This document shows, piece by piece, positions 41,608 through 56,300 of a stretch of 64,000 bases of DNA. The position numbers were made by a program, and so were the translations under genes. Source of the DNA: Macrostomum lignano. Lineage: Eukaryota. The DNA lies in the NCBI GenBank assembly GCA_002269645.1, contig NIVC01000436.1:372001-436000 (forward strand), in the 5' to 3' direction. Within the stretch, counting starts at the first letter, position 1. Every line of letters begins with the position of its first letter. The notes beneath the pieces were generated by a model, which was given only the letters and a program-made list of their open reading frames with translations, was not told the origin of the DNA and did not search any database.

Positions 41608-42362
41608 CACACTCCGTCCCACACTCCAATCAACCTGTGTCTCACACTCCAATCACCCTGTGTCCCACACTCCAATCACCCTGTGTCCCACACTCCAATC
41701 ACCCTGTGTACCACACTCTAATGGCCCTGTGTACCACACTCCAATCACCCTGTGTCCCACACTCCAATCACCCTGTGTACCACACTCTAATCGCCCTGTG
41801 TACCACACTCTAATCGCCCTGTGTCCCACACTCTAATCGCCCTGTGTCCCACACTCTAATCGCCCTGTGTGCCACACTCTAATCGCCCTGTGTCCCACAC
41901 TCTAATCGCCCTGTGTCCCACACTCTAATCACCCTGTGTCCCACACTCCAATCACCCTGTGTCCCACACTCGAATCACCCTGTGTCCCACACTCGAATCA
42001 CCCTGTGTCCCACACTCTAATCGCCCTGTGTCCCACACTCCAATCACCCTGTGTCCCACACTCCAATCACCCTGTGTCCCACACTCCAATCACCCTGTGT
42101 CCCACACTCTAATCGCCCTGTGTCCCACACTCTAATCGCCCTGTGTCCCACACTCTAATCGCCCTGTGTCCCACACTCTAATCGCCCTGTGTCCCACACT
42201 CCAATCACCCTGTGTCCCACACTCCAATCACCCTGTGTCCCACACTCCAATCACCCTGTGTCCCACACTCCAATCACCCTGTGTCCCACACTCCAATCAC
42301 CCTGTGTACCACACTCCAATCACCCTGTGTCCCACACTCCAATCACCCTGTGTCCCACACCC
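41608..42362. repeat. 23-bp minisatellite (CCACACTCCAATCACCCTGTGTC)
   Basis: About 33 copies. Confidence 0.95.
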
Positions 42363-43055
42363 CACACTCAGTGAGAACTGACCTCCTATCATTCACTGTC
42401 TACTCTCTCTTTTATCTTTGTTTCTCTTTGGTCTTTCACCCCCAAAAATATTTTCGTCAGTTGTTGACCAGCAGCGGTAGATCGACGAGGCGCGCTCATA
42501 ATTAAAAGCGATCCCGAAAAGTCTATACGAAAGGAAATGTGCTGGGCCCTGTAATTTTATTAGCCAGCTATGTCGGTTTTCTGTGCATGATAATTGCTGT
42601 AATTATAGATAACAAAGTAGGCTCAGATGAGCGCCATGCAATATGTATCCGATGCTTTGATTTTTATCTAGATTGGAAATTTTCGGCTTCTTAGATTTTT
42701 AGGATGCATCGGGAGTATAAGACGATATTCGAGCATAGCAGCTCGAGTTCGGTTATCACCTACCGGGGAAATTTAATTGATTTCGAGTTGGCGCCGTCGC
42801 TATTCGAATTTCAACAAAAATTCTTCTTCAACTGAGAGAGAAATTGGAAGTGATCGTTGCTTTGAGGGCCAACGGCCGGCCGCAACGGTCGAGGTCACCT
42901 TGCGTGACGACTAATTTTCTTGGAAACTTGATCGCCTCTCAACTGAGATTTGATCTGCAGCCACTGCGCGTCTCTGCTGGTCTCCGCAGCATTCGGGTTG
43001 TTGGTTCAACTCCTCTGCCTTGCCTCCCTACCTGTGTTACAGCTGTGTCTGTCTA

Positions 43056-45503
<2,448 letters not shown>

Positions 45504-45888
45504 GTATCAAATGCTCCTGAAATTAAATAACTCATTTTTTCTGCATAGAAATCAAAGAAAAAATGCTGAAACAATGGGGGTTCCGGCCAGCCCAGGCCGC
45601 AGCTGGTGGCAAGCGAGTTAATCCAAACCCTATCAGGGTGAAATGACCCTTGTACGAATGCATTATAAATCACTGCTTGCACTATACTAATTTTTTTGTA
45701 TCGGCTGATTGTGAAAATGTGGCGCGACTTTTTATTAGAATAAATCTATAAATTAGCCGGGCTATTCGTGTCTAATTCCCACACTTGGTTGAGGCTTTTT
45801 AATTCGAAATCCATTCTCTGATAGTGGCGACGTAGTTTTGCTTAATTTCCCAGACAAATTAATTTCCGGATTAGGCGCTAAAAGAAAC

Positions 45889-48186
45889 ATGTCTTTTAAA
45901 ACGGTTTCGGTGCTCTTTGTTGTCGCCCTACTGTCTGTGACTTTCAGCTGCGGACTGGGTGATGACGTCATCACGGTGGCCGAGTAAGTTCCTAGTCTGT
46001 CTGGAGCGGTCTTATACAGGGACAGGAGTTTAGTTCGAAAGTACATGTACGGGATGTCATGTTTGAAATTGATGAATAAGATTTGAAAAAAACAGGAACA
46101 GAAGAGAGAAGAAAGGAAAAAGGAGCGAGGAGAGATGAGAGAGAAGAGAGAAGAGAGGAGAGAGGAGAGAGGAGAGAAAAGAGAGGAGAGAATAGAGAGG
46201 AGAGAGGAGACAGAAGAGATGGAGTAGGAGAGAGGAGAGAGGAGAGAGGAGAGAGAAGAGAGGAAAGAAAAGAGAGTATAGAGGAGAGAGGAGAGAGGAG
46301 AGAGGAGAGAGGAGAGAGGAGAGAAGAGAGAGGAGAGAGGAGAGAGGAGAGAGGAGAGAGGAGAGAGGAGAGAGGAGAGAAGAGAGAGGAGAGAGAGAGA
46401 GAGGAGTGAGAAGAGATGAGAGAGAGGAGAGAGAGAGAGAGAGAAGAGAGAGGAGCGATCAAAGAGGAGAGAGAGAGAGAGGAGAGAGGAGCGATCAGAG
46501 AGGAGAGAGGAGAGAGAAGAGAGGAAAGAAAAGAGAGGAGAGAGGAGAGAGAGGAGTGAGAAGAGATGAGAGAGAGGAGAGAGAGAGAGAGGAGAGAGGG
46601 GCGATCAGAGAGGAGAGAGAGAGAGGAGAGAGGAGCGATCAGAGAGGAGAGAGGAGAGAGAAGAGAGAGGAGCGATCAAAGAGGAGAGAGAGAGAGAGAG
46701 GAGAGAGGAGCGATCAGAGAGGAGAGAGGAGAGAGAAGAGAGGAAAGAAAAGAGAGGAGAGAAAAGGGAGGAGTGAGAAGAGATGAGAGAGAGGAGCGAT
46801 TAGAGAGGAGAGAGGAGAGAGAAGAGAGAAGAGAGATAAAACAGAGGAGAGAAAAAGAGGAGAGAGAGTGGAGCAGAGTAGAGTGTCAGGTTCACAAGAC
46901 GTTAACTCAATACAAGTATTATTGGCTGAACATTTGATCATGGCCCGATGAACCTGCAGCTGCAAGACTTTGTAGATAGGCTCAGTCCAGAGCGGCAGCG
47001 AGTGCCTCAAAGAGCAGAGTTTTCAGCTCGAATCCATGCAAAATTTGCTTTAGCATCTCGGGTTGCCCTCGCGTGGGCCAGATAACTTACCAGCCTCCTG
47101 AGGTATCGCTCGGAGCCCGTGTCCCAGAGCTTGTTTGGGCACCTCAGTGTATTTGCCCACCAATTGAACGGGCAGAGCCTGTAGTGCACTGCTGGATTGA
47201 TAAAGTTCAAGATTCCTACTTTGCCGATATAAACTTTAGAGACCAATATATGTATTGCACTCTTTTGGCCCATTCACGCACTCCATGTGCGTCTTTTGTG
47301 CACTCCATGTCCCTTCATGTCTCTCCCTCTCTTACGCACTCCATATCTCACCTCTACGCACTCCATGCCCCTCCTTTACGCACTCCATGCCCCTCTTTTA
47401 CGCACTCCATGTGCGTCTTTTGTGCACTCCATGTCCCTCCTCTACGCACTCCAGGTCCCTCCTTAACACACGCTATCACACCATATCTCACCATGGCCCC
47501 CCTCACAAATCCCTGCTGTCGCCCGCGTCCATTCCTTGATCAGATACAAGGAAACGCTGCAGCAACTGGAACAGTTCAACATCATCACGGAGACGCTGGA
47601 GAAGATCCGCGACTTGCTAGACCAAGCCGCCCAGGTTGGCCGGGAAAAACTGATGGAGGTGCTGCAGTCTGAAGCCCTGAAAACTCTGCTGAACTTCCTG
47701 CCGTCTTACCTTCGCGACTGGCTGGATGGCTACATCAAGGATCTGCTGGAGAACCTTAACGACCCCATTGCCTGTGAGTGCCGATTAGGAATACTTACTT
47801 CTATAGGTTCAACATCGGCTTACACGGGGTTTCTGCTATTTAAAATCTCGTTCACGTGGTTTGTTAGTCCCCCGAAACACCATATGGGGTGTCTGTCATC
47901 CACTACACCATATGGGGTGTCTGGCATCCACTACATCATATGGGGTGTGTGGCATCCACGTCTGTGGCATCCACTACACCACGTAGGGTGTCTGTCATCC
48001 AACATCTCCTTTACGTAGGGTATCTGCAAAGCTGCATGTTTAAGCTTTGAAAAAAGCAAGACTTCTAAAAACCGGGACTTAACGGCACCCATCTCTCCTC
48101 TTGTTTCAGTCACCAACTTGCAGCAAGCCATGCAGTCCGCCGCCAAGGTCTACACTGAGATGTCCTACAAAATGAAGAGATTTTAA
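45889..48186 (+). CDS. Small secreted, predicted all-alpha-helical protein of unknown family; 133 aa, 3 exons
   Basis: Exons 45889-45983 (GA|gtaagt), 47544-47773 (T|gtgagt) and 48110-48186 (TAA) join in phase. Signal peptide MSFKTVSVLFVVALLSVTFSCGLG. Strong host-type codon bias in exons 2-3. Confidence 0.8.
46100..46870. repeat. GA-rich low-complexity / GGAGAGA microsatellite (intron)
   Basis: Nearly pure purine tract with GAGGAGCGATCA subrepeats. Confidence 0.95.
47270..47460. repeat. Degenerate CACTCCATG-containing minisatellite
   Basis: About 9 imperfect copies just upstream of exon 47544. Confidence 0.8.
47881..48010. repeat. ~28-bp tandem repeat (CATATGGGGTGTCTGTCATCCACTACAC)
   Basis: About 4 degenerate copies in an intron. 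Confidence 0.8.
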
Positions 48187-49301
48187 GTTGACCTAAATCT
48201 TTATGTAAAAAGAGAATACAATGCTCAAGACCTATTGCTCGTATTGAAAAAATATATAAACAGCTGAATATTTTGGCAGACCTATAATCTTTTCCACTGT
48301 TGCAGTTTCAAGGTTCATGAAGTATCTAGCCAGCATTGAAGTGCATAGTAGGATCAGGGATTTACTGGTTAATTCCCTGCACCAACAATGTCCGCTCTAT
48401 GCAGAGTGAACCCGCTGTTTACAGAGATAATGTATATTATAGGATCTGCAACTAAGTCTCTGCTTGGCCACGATATTAAAAAACTTTGACTTAAAACATG
48501 GCAGGCGTGGATACAGATAAGACCTTAAGACGCAACCAGAAAAAGAGAGGCGAGACGGCGGGAGCAAGAAATTAATAACTCTGCCAAGAAATTGATTCCT
48601 CGCCTTCAATGTTAAACTTCCTACCCGAGTCCTGCGAGTTTTAATTACTCTTAGTCTCGATTTTCGACGCAGCTAAAGGCCTTATCGAAGTTGGCGCCTT
48701 CGTTCAATTCATTTTTAGGTTGAATGAAATCTTTTCTTATTGAGCTACAGTTCTTGCAGCCACCAGTTACAGTTTAGTAGTACATTTGACTTCTCACGGC
48801 AAAGAAGTAGGAACAGTATTGAGAGATGGACGTACTGGTACTGCAGAGCGATTTAGGAGCAATAGACCTCACTATATACTACTATTGTCAGTAGAGTTGG
48901 ATAGGACTTCAAGAGAGTATTTTAACAAATTTTGCTCGGCACTGCCTCCGAAATAGTCTCAAGTCAATTAGACAGGTTCTCAGCAATAGCGCGCCTTCAA
49001 AACTGCCTCATCACCTCTGCAGCCTGTTGTGCGAACGCGTGCGAGCAAGGGGTCTCCCCTCTTCGTCATGGTCGATAAAAAATTCAAGGCTAAGGACAGT
49101 GCTTCGAAAGATGAAGGAAGTTGAAAATAAATTGTACCAGATCAAAGACAAGTGAAATATCGGTTCTCCCGAATTTTCATCTCAGTGTAGCGAGTTTAAA
49201 AAGCTACTTAAGACTGAGAAAGTGTTTTATCTTAATAGCTATTAGTTTTGAACTTACAAATTCACCGACAGCAATTTCGAATTTGTCAAGTGTTACTAAG
49301 C

Positions 49302-50803
49302 ATGCTCAGTTTTAGTCTCAAATCGGAGTTTACTTGCTTGCTACTGCTGTCAGCTCTGACTAATTTGACATGGAGCTTCCCCGGTGCCGCAAATGAGGCT
49401 CGACTGGGTCCTAAAACTGGTAAGCAGTTCTGGAAATTATTTAAAAAAGCAACATAACAAATACCAGCTACATCACTTACTGGTTTTAAAATTCTTTCTT
49501 GGTGCCTTTCCCTCTCCTAGAAGCTTCTAGACCGTTGCGTCTGCGCTCGTACTACATACTAGATGCCGCTGGATTCTGGATAACGCTGTGTTTAGAAAAC
49601 TCTGGATGACGGTGTCTTTGGAATACTCCGGATGACCGTGTCTTTAGAATACTCCGGATGACCGTGTCTTTAGAATACTCCGGATGACCGTGTCTTTAGA
49701 ATACTCCGGATGACCGTGTCTTTAGAATACTCCGGATGACGGTGTCTTTAGAACACTCTGGATGACGGTGTCTTTAGAACACTCTGGATGACGGTATGCT
49801 TAGAACACTCTGGATAACGCTGTGTTCAGAAAACTCTGGATGACGGTGTCTTTAGACGCTCTGGATGACCGTGTCTTTGGAATACTCCGGATGACGGTGT
49901 CTTTAGACGCTCCGGATGACCGTGTCTTTAGAATACTCCGGATGACCGTGTCTTTAGAATACTCCGGATGACCGTGTCTTTAGAATACTCCGGATGACCG
50001 TGTCTTTAGAACACTCTGGATGACGGTGTCATTAGAACACTCCGGATGACCGTGTCTTTAGAACACTCCGGATGACCGTGTCTTTAGAATACTCCGGATG
50101 ACGGTATGCTTAGAACACTTTGGATAACGGTGTGTTTAGAACACTCTGGATGACAGTGTCTTTAGAACACTCTGGATGACGGTGTCTTTTTGAACACTCT
50201 GGATGACGGTGTCTTTAGAACACTCCGGATGACCGTGTCTTTAGAATACTCCGGATGACCGTGTCTTTAGAACACTCTGGATGACGGTAAGCTTAGAACA
50301 CTTTGGATAACGGTGTGTTTAGAACACTCTGGATGACAGTGTCTTTAGAACACTCTGGATGACGGTGTCGTTTGAACACTCTGGATGACGGTGTGCCTAG
50401 AACACTCTGGATGACGGTGTCTTTAAAACACTCTGGATGACGATGTTTTTACTACCCTTTGTCTCACTCAGGTCTTCGTTCCTTCTATCATCTCAGCTTG
50501 CAGTCAACTTCTAATCAAACAGTTGCTGAAATTTTTAGACAACAAACCAATCGTTGGTTTAACGCTGCATATCCTCGATCTGAACGAAGATCAACCGGAG
50601 GGAACCCGGATGAAACGCGTGATAGATTTGACCGAACCGGCGACTTACCACTGCGGCAAGTGTCCAACTTGTCTGTGCTATTACAGGCGCTGGCGATGAT
50701 GGACAGACGGCAGCGATTGAACTTCTGGACATTGCTGACTAAACGAACTCTTTTGAAACTGATTAACATCCTTGCTGAAGGAAAAGAAAAAATGACACCT
50801 TGA
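49302..50803 (+). CDS. Candidate neuropeptide/hormone precursor (CRF/DH44-like segment); 149 aa, 2 exons
   Basis: Exon 49302-49419 (ATG, signal-like FTCLLLLSALTNLTWS, G|gtaagc) joins exon 50472-50803 (ctcactcag|, TGA) in phase 1. Basic cleavage sites RR, KR and C-terminal GK. Confidence 0.6.
49577..50445. repeat. 26-bp minisatellite (CCGGATGACCGTGTCTTTAGAATACT, about 33 copies)
   Basis: Fills the intron of the candidate precursor gene. Confidence 0.96.
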
Positions 50804-51902
50804 TAAGAATCGAACCTTCGATAAAAATCACGATCTTTTTTGGAATTTTTACTTTCAGTAGCTATTGCATACATTAGAAAGATCGCAACAGTATATTATA
50901 AATAGTGTATATTACAACAGCATCTTATAAATGCTATTGCATTTATTTGCACTATCATTATAGATCGCAACAGTAACTACATGTGAAATGACCTCATGGA
51001 CAACTGCCATGGACAAAATCGGTCGAGAAGAATCTGCGCTAGAAAAATCCAATTTCCCGACCCCCCCCCCCCAATCACATTTCTAAGAAAGCAAAAAGTA
51101 TAGCGGCCTACTTCTTGAGTGACCTACAACTGAACTTTCGGATTTTAACTTCGAGGATACTTCGAGCCTGACTCTTTGCAGTGCAAAATATGAGGAACAC
51201 TTTTCTCCGTTTGCTTGTGAATGGAATTGATACACACATCAATCAATGTCTGACAGATCCACGTAGTTTGTCTTGCTCCCCTCCCCGTCACTCTGCGAGG
51301 GACAGGAATTAATTCGGGTGAGAATAATTTGAGCAAGATAAGGTAGAGGTAGCCTACGACGAGTTTACCGCGCATGCATGAAAACATTAATCAACTGCAA
51401 TCAAAATCCATATGGTTGTTTCCCATTGCGCTGTTGTGCAGCATAGGCGCAATTTAGAAAATGTGAAAATTCTTACACTTAAAGACAAATTAGTGTTTGT
51501 TTTGTGAATCCGTTGTACCCAAACATTCGCTGCGCATGTGTATTAACTTACAGTTGGACAGCAATTGTTTCCTGTTTTTATAGACTTACACGCTGAAATT
51601 GACACTAAGCTGCACTATATAGTTACATACACGTATATTAAGACAGAAAATTGTTGACAGAACTCGCATAGCTAGACAGATAAACTATAAACTGTTTTAC
51701 GAGTACCACGGGGGAATCGCGAATAACAGATAAGCGTTTGCGATGATTGACACAGTCCTGAGGCGTATCCAGAGGAAGGCCAGGGGTGTAAGTAAAAAAA
51801 TGTATAGCGCTTCTCGGGAAACTAATGACAGAAGCTTAAGTTTTGCCTCCACTTAAATGTGGAATGGTATCTGCCGGTCTTAGAGATGGAAGTACGGGCA
51901 TT

Positions 51903-52487
51903 CACCAAGAGACAGGGGCGCCCACCAACAGATAGGGGCGCCCAGCAAGAGACAGGGGCAGCCACCAACAGACAGGGGCGCCCACCAACAGATAGGGGCG
52001 CCCACCAACAGACAGGGGCGCCCACCAAGAGACAGGGGCGCCCAGCAAGAGACAGGGGCGCCCACCAACAGATAGGGGCGCCCACCAACAGACAGGGGCG
52101 CCCACCAATAGATAGGGGCAGCCACCAACAGACAGGGGCGCCCAGCAAGAGACAGGGGCGCCCACCAATAGATAGGGGCGCCCAGCAAGAGACAGGGGCA
52201 GCCACCAACAGACAGGGGCGCCCACCAACAGATAGGGGCGCCCACCAACAGACAGGGGCGCCCACCAAGAGACAGGGGCGCCCAGCAAGAGACAGGGGCG
52301 CCCACCAACAGATAGGGGCGCCCACCAAGAGACAGGGGCAGCCACCAACAGACAGGGGCGCCCACCAACAGATAGGGGCGCCCACCAAGAGACAGGGGCG
52401 CCCAGCAAGAGACAGGGGCGCCCAACAAGAGACAGGGGCGCCCACCAAGAGGCAGGGGCGCCCACCAACAGATAGGGGCACCCACCA
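51903..52487. repeat. 20-bp minisatellite (GACAGGGGCGCCCACCAACA, about 29 copies)
   Basis: Explains the ORFs at 51822-52593. Confidence 0.97.
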
Positions 52488-53289
52488 GAAAGAGAAAAAA
52501 AATTATTGTTTGCATCACCAGAGAAACACATCGAAGAATTCTCCTAAAGGGGAATTCCGTTTAACGTCAATTCTTAAAAGGAGAATTCATTAAGAAGAAA
52601 TTCATTTTATCTCTAAGGGGAATTCCATCCTTCGGTAGGGAATTCTATCAAATGAAATTTTCTTTATTTTGGAATGCTTTCCAATATAATGGAAACTTTT
52701 CCTTAATAAAAATCAACTTAATGGAGAATTCTATCCAGGAGAATGTCCTTCAAGCGGATAATTAAAACTACAAAAAATCAAGTTAGCTAGTTTTGCGCCT
52801 GCATTAAAGAGCCTCGCATAGCTAGTATATTTATTTAGCCAATGAATACAAATTGTCAGGGCCAAAGTTCTTATACTTAAAAGGTCTGCAGCCGCCCAAA
52901 TGACCGCGTGGGCTGGGCTCAGGGGCAGATGGGAGGAGTCCAGTTACTCTGCACGTCGCAGCTCCAACGCCCTAACAACTGGTCGTGGACGTACAGAAAA
53001 ATTTCCTGACCCATGGAGAATAAACATGCTATAGAGTGGACTGGAGGGGGGCAAGACGGAGAGACAAGTCCTGCACCAACCCTGCCTCCGCCTGCACCGC
53101 CCATACAAACTCTCCAATAGAAAATAAAGAAAATATAGAGAGAGGGGAAGGCGGAGTTGCGTAGGAAATCCCAAACCACAAGCCTTTATATAATAGAAGT
53201 TAGGCATTATTAGTTAGAGAACTTCAGAGACTCCAACTTCCATACCAATACCTAAATCAATTAGTTCAAGACTGCATGATTGCAACGGC

Positions 53290-53339
53290 ATGGGAAAGTT
53301 CGATTCCTTGTTGAGACGGGTGACCCATCGTAGTCAACC

Positions 53340-53370
<31 letters not shown>

Positions 53371-56300
53371 CAACAGCAACAACGACAGCAGAAATCGTCG
53401 AGAGCCTCCAGCCGAAGGAGGCAGCATAGTGGACGAAGAGGCAACCCAGGAAGTTCCCGAAGGCTTGCCCCAGCTGATGGCGGTGAATCCGGCACCGGAA
53501 TGATGGCGAGACTGCGGTAAGCGTAGCAACTACCTTCTCAACATGGCCGCACCTAGCTATAGCTAATTTCTCACCCATAAGCAGCTTTTTGTTGAATAAT
53601 TCACAGACTTTGGGCACCAAATTCTTTAGGGCTTGTATTGAGCTGTCAATTATAATAGATTGCTTCCTGCGCTGGAGAAAAAGTGCAAGTTTCTTTTCTG
53701 CACTAGAAAACAACATTATACTGAGGTTTCTTAAATAATAACTCAATTTTCCTATAGACCTTCCAAAACTGAAGCGAAACCAAATTATCGACAGCGCTAA
53801 TCAAGCCTGCAACCAGACATAAGCCTTAGCGAACCAGTTACAACTGCGTGAAAAAGCACTTGTTTTCGATTCTTTATTAGGAATCCTATTCGAAATTTGT
53901 GCTACTAAAGAATCTGTAAAAATCGTTCAAAGTAAAGAGAAAGTTTGTTGCTACAAATAAATAAATATAGGCTTCTATAAATAGAAGGTAATAAAAGGTA
54001 ATAAAAGTCCAGAAGGTAATAAAACGTTTGTAAATTCAATGCTAGGGGGGCCGTAGCCCAGCGGTGGCGCAGCTGCTCTGGTGTGCCAGCGACCCAGACT
54101 CGATTCGAAGTGCAGTCACATTAATTTGGGGCTGAATTGGAATCTCGGCTTGGCTCTGCTCGTGCAATTAACGGCCTTGAGAGCCAACCCCCCAAGGCGC
54201 AGTGAAGTGTACATGCCTAACGATAAATAAAGTTAGGGCCGCTGTGCACTCCTGTGTGAGTGTGTGCCTGCGTACGTATCCGCGCGCTTGTATGCCTGCT
54301 CAGGGGAGTCGGCGGAATGGGCAGTAATGCCTCTCGCCGGTTGTGTGCCTATGTCGCTTAAAGTGCGCCAGGGTGCACACAACCCCCTGCCTCTAATAAA
54401 AAAAAATTCAATGCTAGACTGAAGTAAGAGCGTACTGGTATTGACATCTCGCAAATACACTTTAAGGCATCGAATAAGGGTCTTTAATAGCATCTACTGT
54501 AGCTTTGATACCTCTTTCAAACAATAGAACTCATCTACACATCAGCAATGTTTCCCAACTTCAGCCGGCCAAGCCAGCTGGGATTTGTGGCCGATCATTC
54601 AGCAACGCCGTCGAAGTCGCTGATGCAATCGCTGCTGACTCTGTACGGCATGGTCATACTGATGCTAGGCGTCGTGATCCCAATCAGCGACGCTCTGGCG
54701 AAGCCGGCGCAACATGCCGACTACAGGCAGGTGAGGAGCCTACTAATCAAGAATGCGCTCTTATTTCTATGCAAATTTATTTCATTTCTTGTCTTACGTA
54801 GACAGGCTTAAAAATTATTTTAGTCTGAAGTTTTGTCTAAAATTAATTAAGATTACAGCGTGTCATAAAGCCCTAGATTTATTATTTCAACAGAGAATTA
54901 TTCGTTATCACTTGGGTGCTACCTCTCGGTTCGCTGAGCTCTTTTTCGGTAAGCATATTTTCGGTATTTTCCAGAAAAAAACTTCCCCTATGGAAATGAA
55001 GCATTTGGTCGTAGCGGATAAAATGTTCTTCAGTGCAGTGATTGACCCTGCGTGGCCTGGATTGACCCGTACAGCCAATGTGCTGCAGCAAATCCATGCT
55101 CTAGTACGGGTATTGGGCATGACGTACTGTCTGTGAATAACCATTCTTTAAATGTTTACAAGTACTATAGGAGTCTAGCTGTTTTAGGCTCTTATCTGAG
55201 CAAGGAAAAAGACGTGTGACTTTAGACTCAAGGGGTTTGCTTTCCTGCAACAAGGAGCAAGCATGCACGGGGATACTTGGATAACACCTTGCGTGTTGTC
55301 AGATAAGCCATGCGAGTAGTGGATTAGAGTAATGCAATTTAAGACAAAACTGCTACTCAATTCAGTTTGCTCCTTTTTATTTTCTTTAAATTGGTGCCTG
55401 AAATCGGATAGTTCATATTTACTATAGATAAGTTTGTGATTGCTATACTGTCGGACAAAATGTTTTAACAAAAATGCTCTAGTCTGGCCTGATATACAGC
55501 GACATTTTTCATGGTTCTGAATATCCATCCACCTATACTAAATCTCTAAGATCTGTTTGTCTGTTTGTCTGTCTGTCCATCTGAAACGCTCTAGTAAATT
55601 ATCTACGACTTCAAAATTATTTGCAGCAATTTCTAAGATATTTTTATCATTAGACTCGTAAAACAGTCCTTACTAATGTACTTAAATCACGACCCATGAA
55701 CTCTTTCACATAGAGAACAAATAAAGTAAAAGCCAACCTATTAGTAAGTAACATGTAGCTCAGAACTCAATAAATATCCCAGTACCACCGACCCATTTTG
55801 TTCAGATGTTCTACATCTTTATGCACGGAATCGGAGCAGTGTCCATCATGTACCTGGACGCTCTGATCGCGTTTCACAAAAGCGACCCAAACTGCAGTGC
55901 CAGCCGGTCAGCAGTCAGCGGTCAGCCGCTGGCCACTGTGCCGGAGATTCGCTTCGAGGAAGCCTCTACCACACCGCCGGATTCGCCGAATGACGCAGCG
56001 AATGGCGCTTCGCAGCTAGAATTACTCACTACGGCTAACAACGTACCGATGGGAGATAGGGGAGCAGTTTTCGAGAACGAAGACAAGGACAACGATGATG
56101 AGGAAGAGGAAGAGAAGGATGAAGCAAAAGCAGCGGACGATCGTCAAATCAGCAGGACGTTGGCGGAACCCGCTGAGATCGCGGAATCAGTAGCGGCCAC
56201 GGAGGCTGCCGAGACGCGTCTGTATCTGAAGCCGCTGCCATTCTGCTCTGGCGGCAGCAATTCAGCTTCGGCAAACTCGATGGACTCGATGACCGGGACA

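Noticed and set aside
45762-46046. 94-aa minus-strand ORF
   Set aside because: Antisense to the signal-peptide exon 45889-45983.
50649-50774. Apparent minus-strand exon (pyrimidine-rich acceptor, GTAAGT donor, open frame)
   Set aside because: No partner exons found; the plus-strand reading gives a complete signal-peptide-to-stop gene. Not fully excluded, and stranded RNA-seq would decide.
49302-50803. Idea that the candidate peptide is the ligand of the nearby GPCR at 35111
   Set aside because: CRF/DH44-type peptides act on class B receptors, whereas this receptor is class A; proximity alone is not evidence.
51822-52593. Four 209-244 aa ORFs
   Set aside because: Products of the 20-bp tandem repeat; all frames are similarly open.
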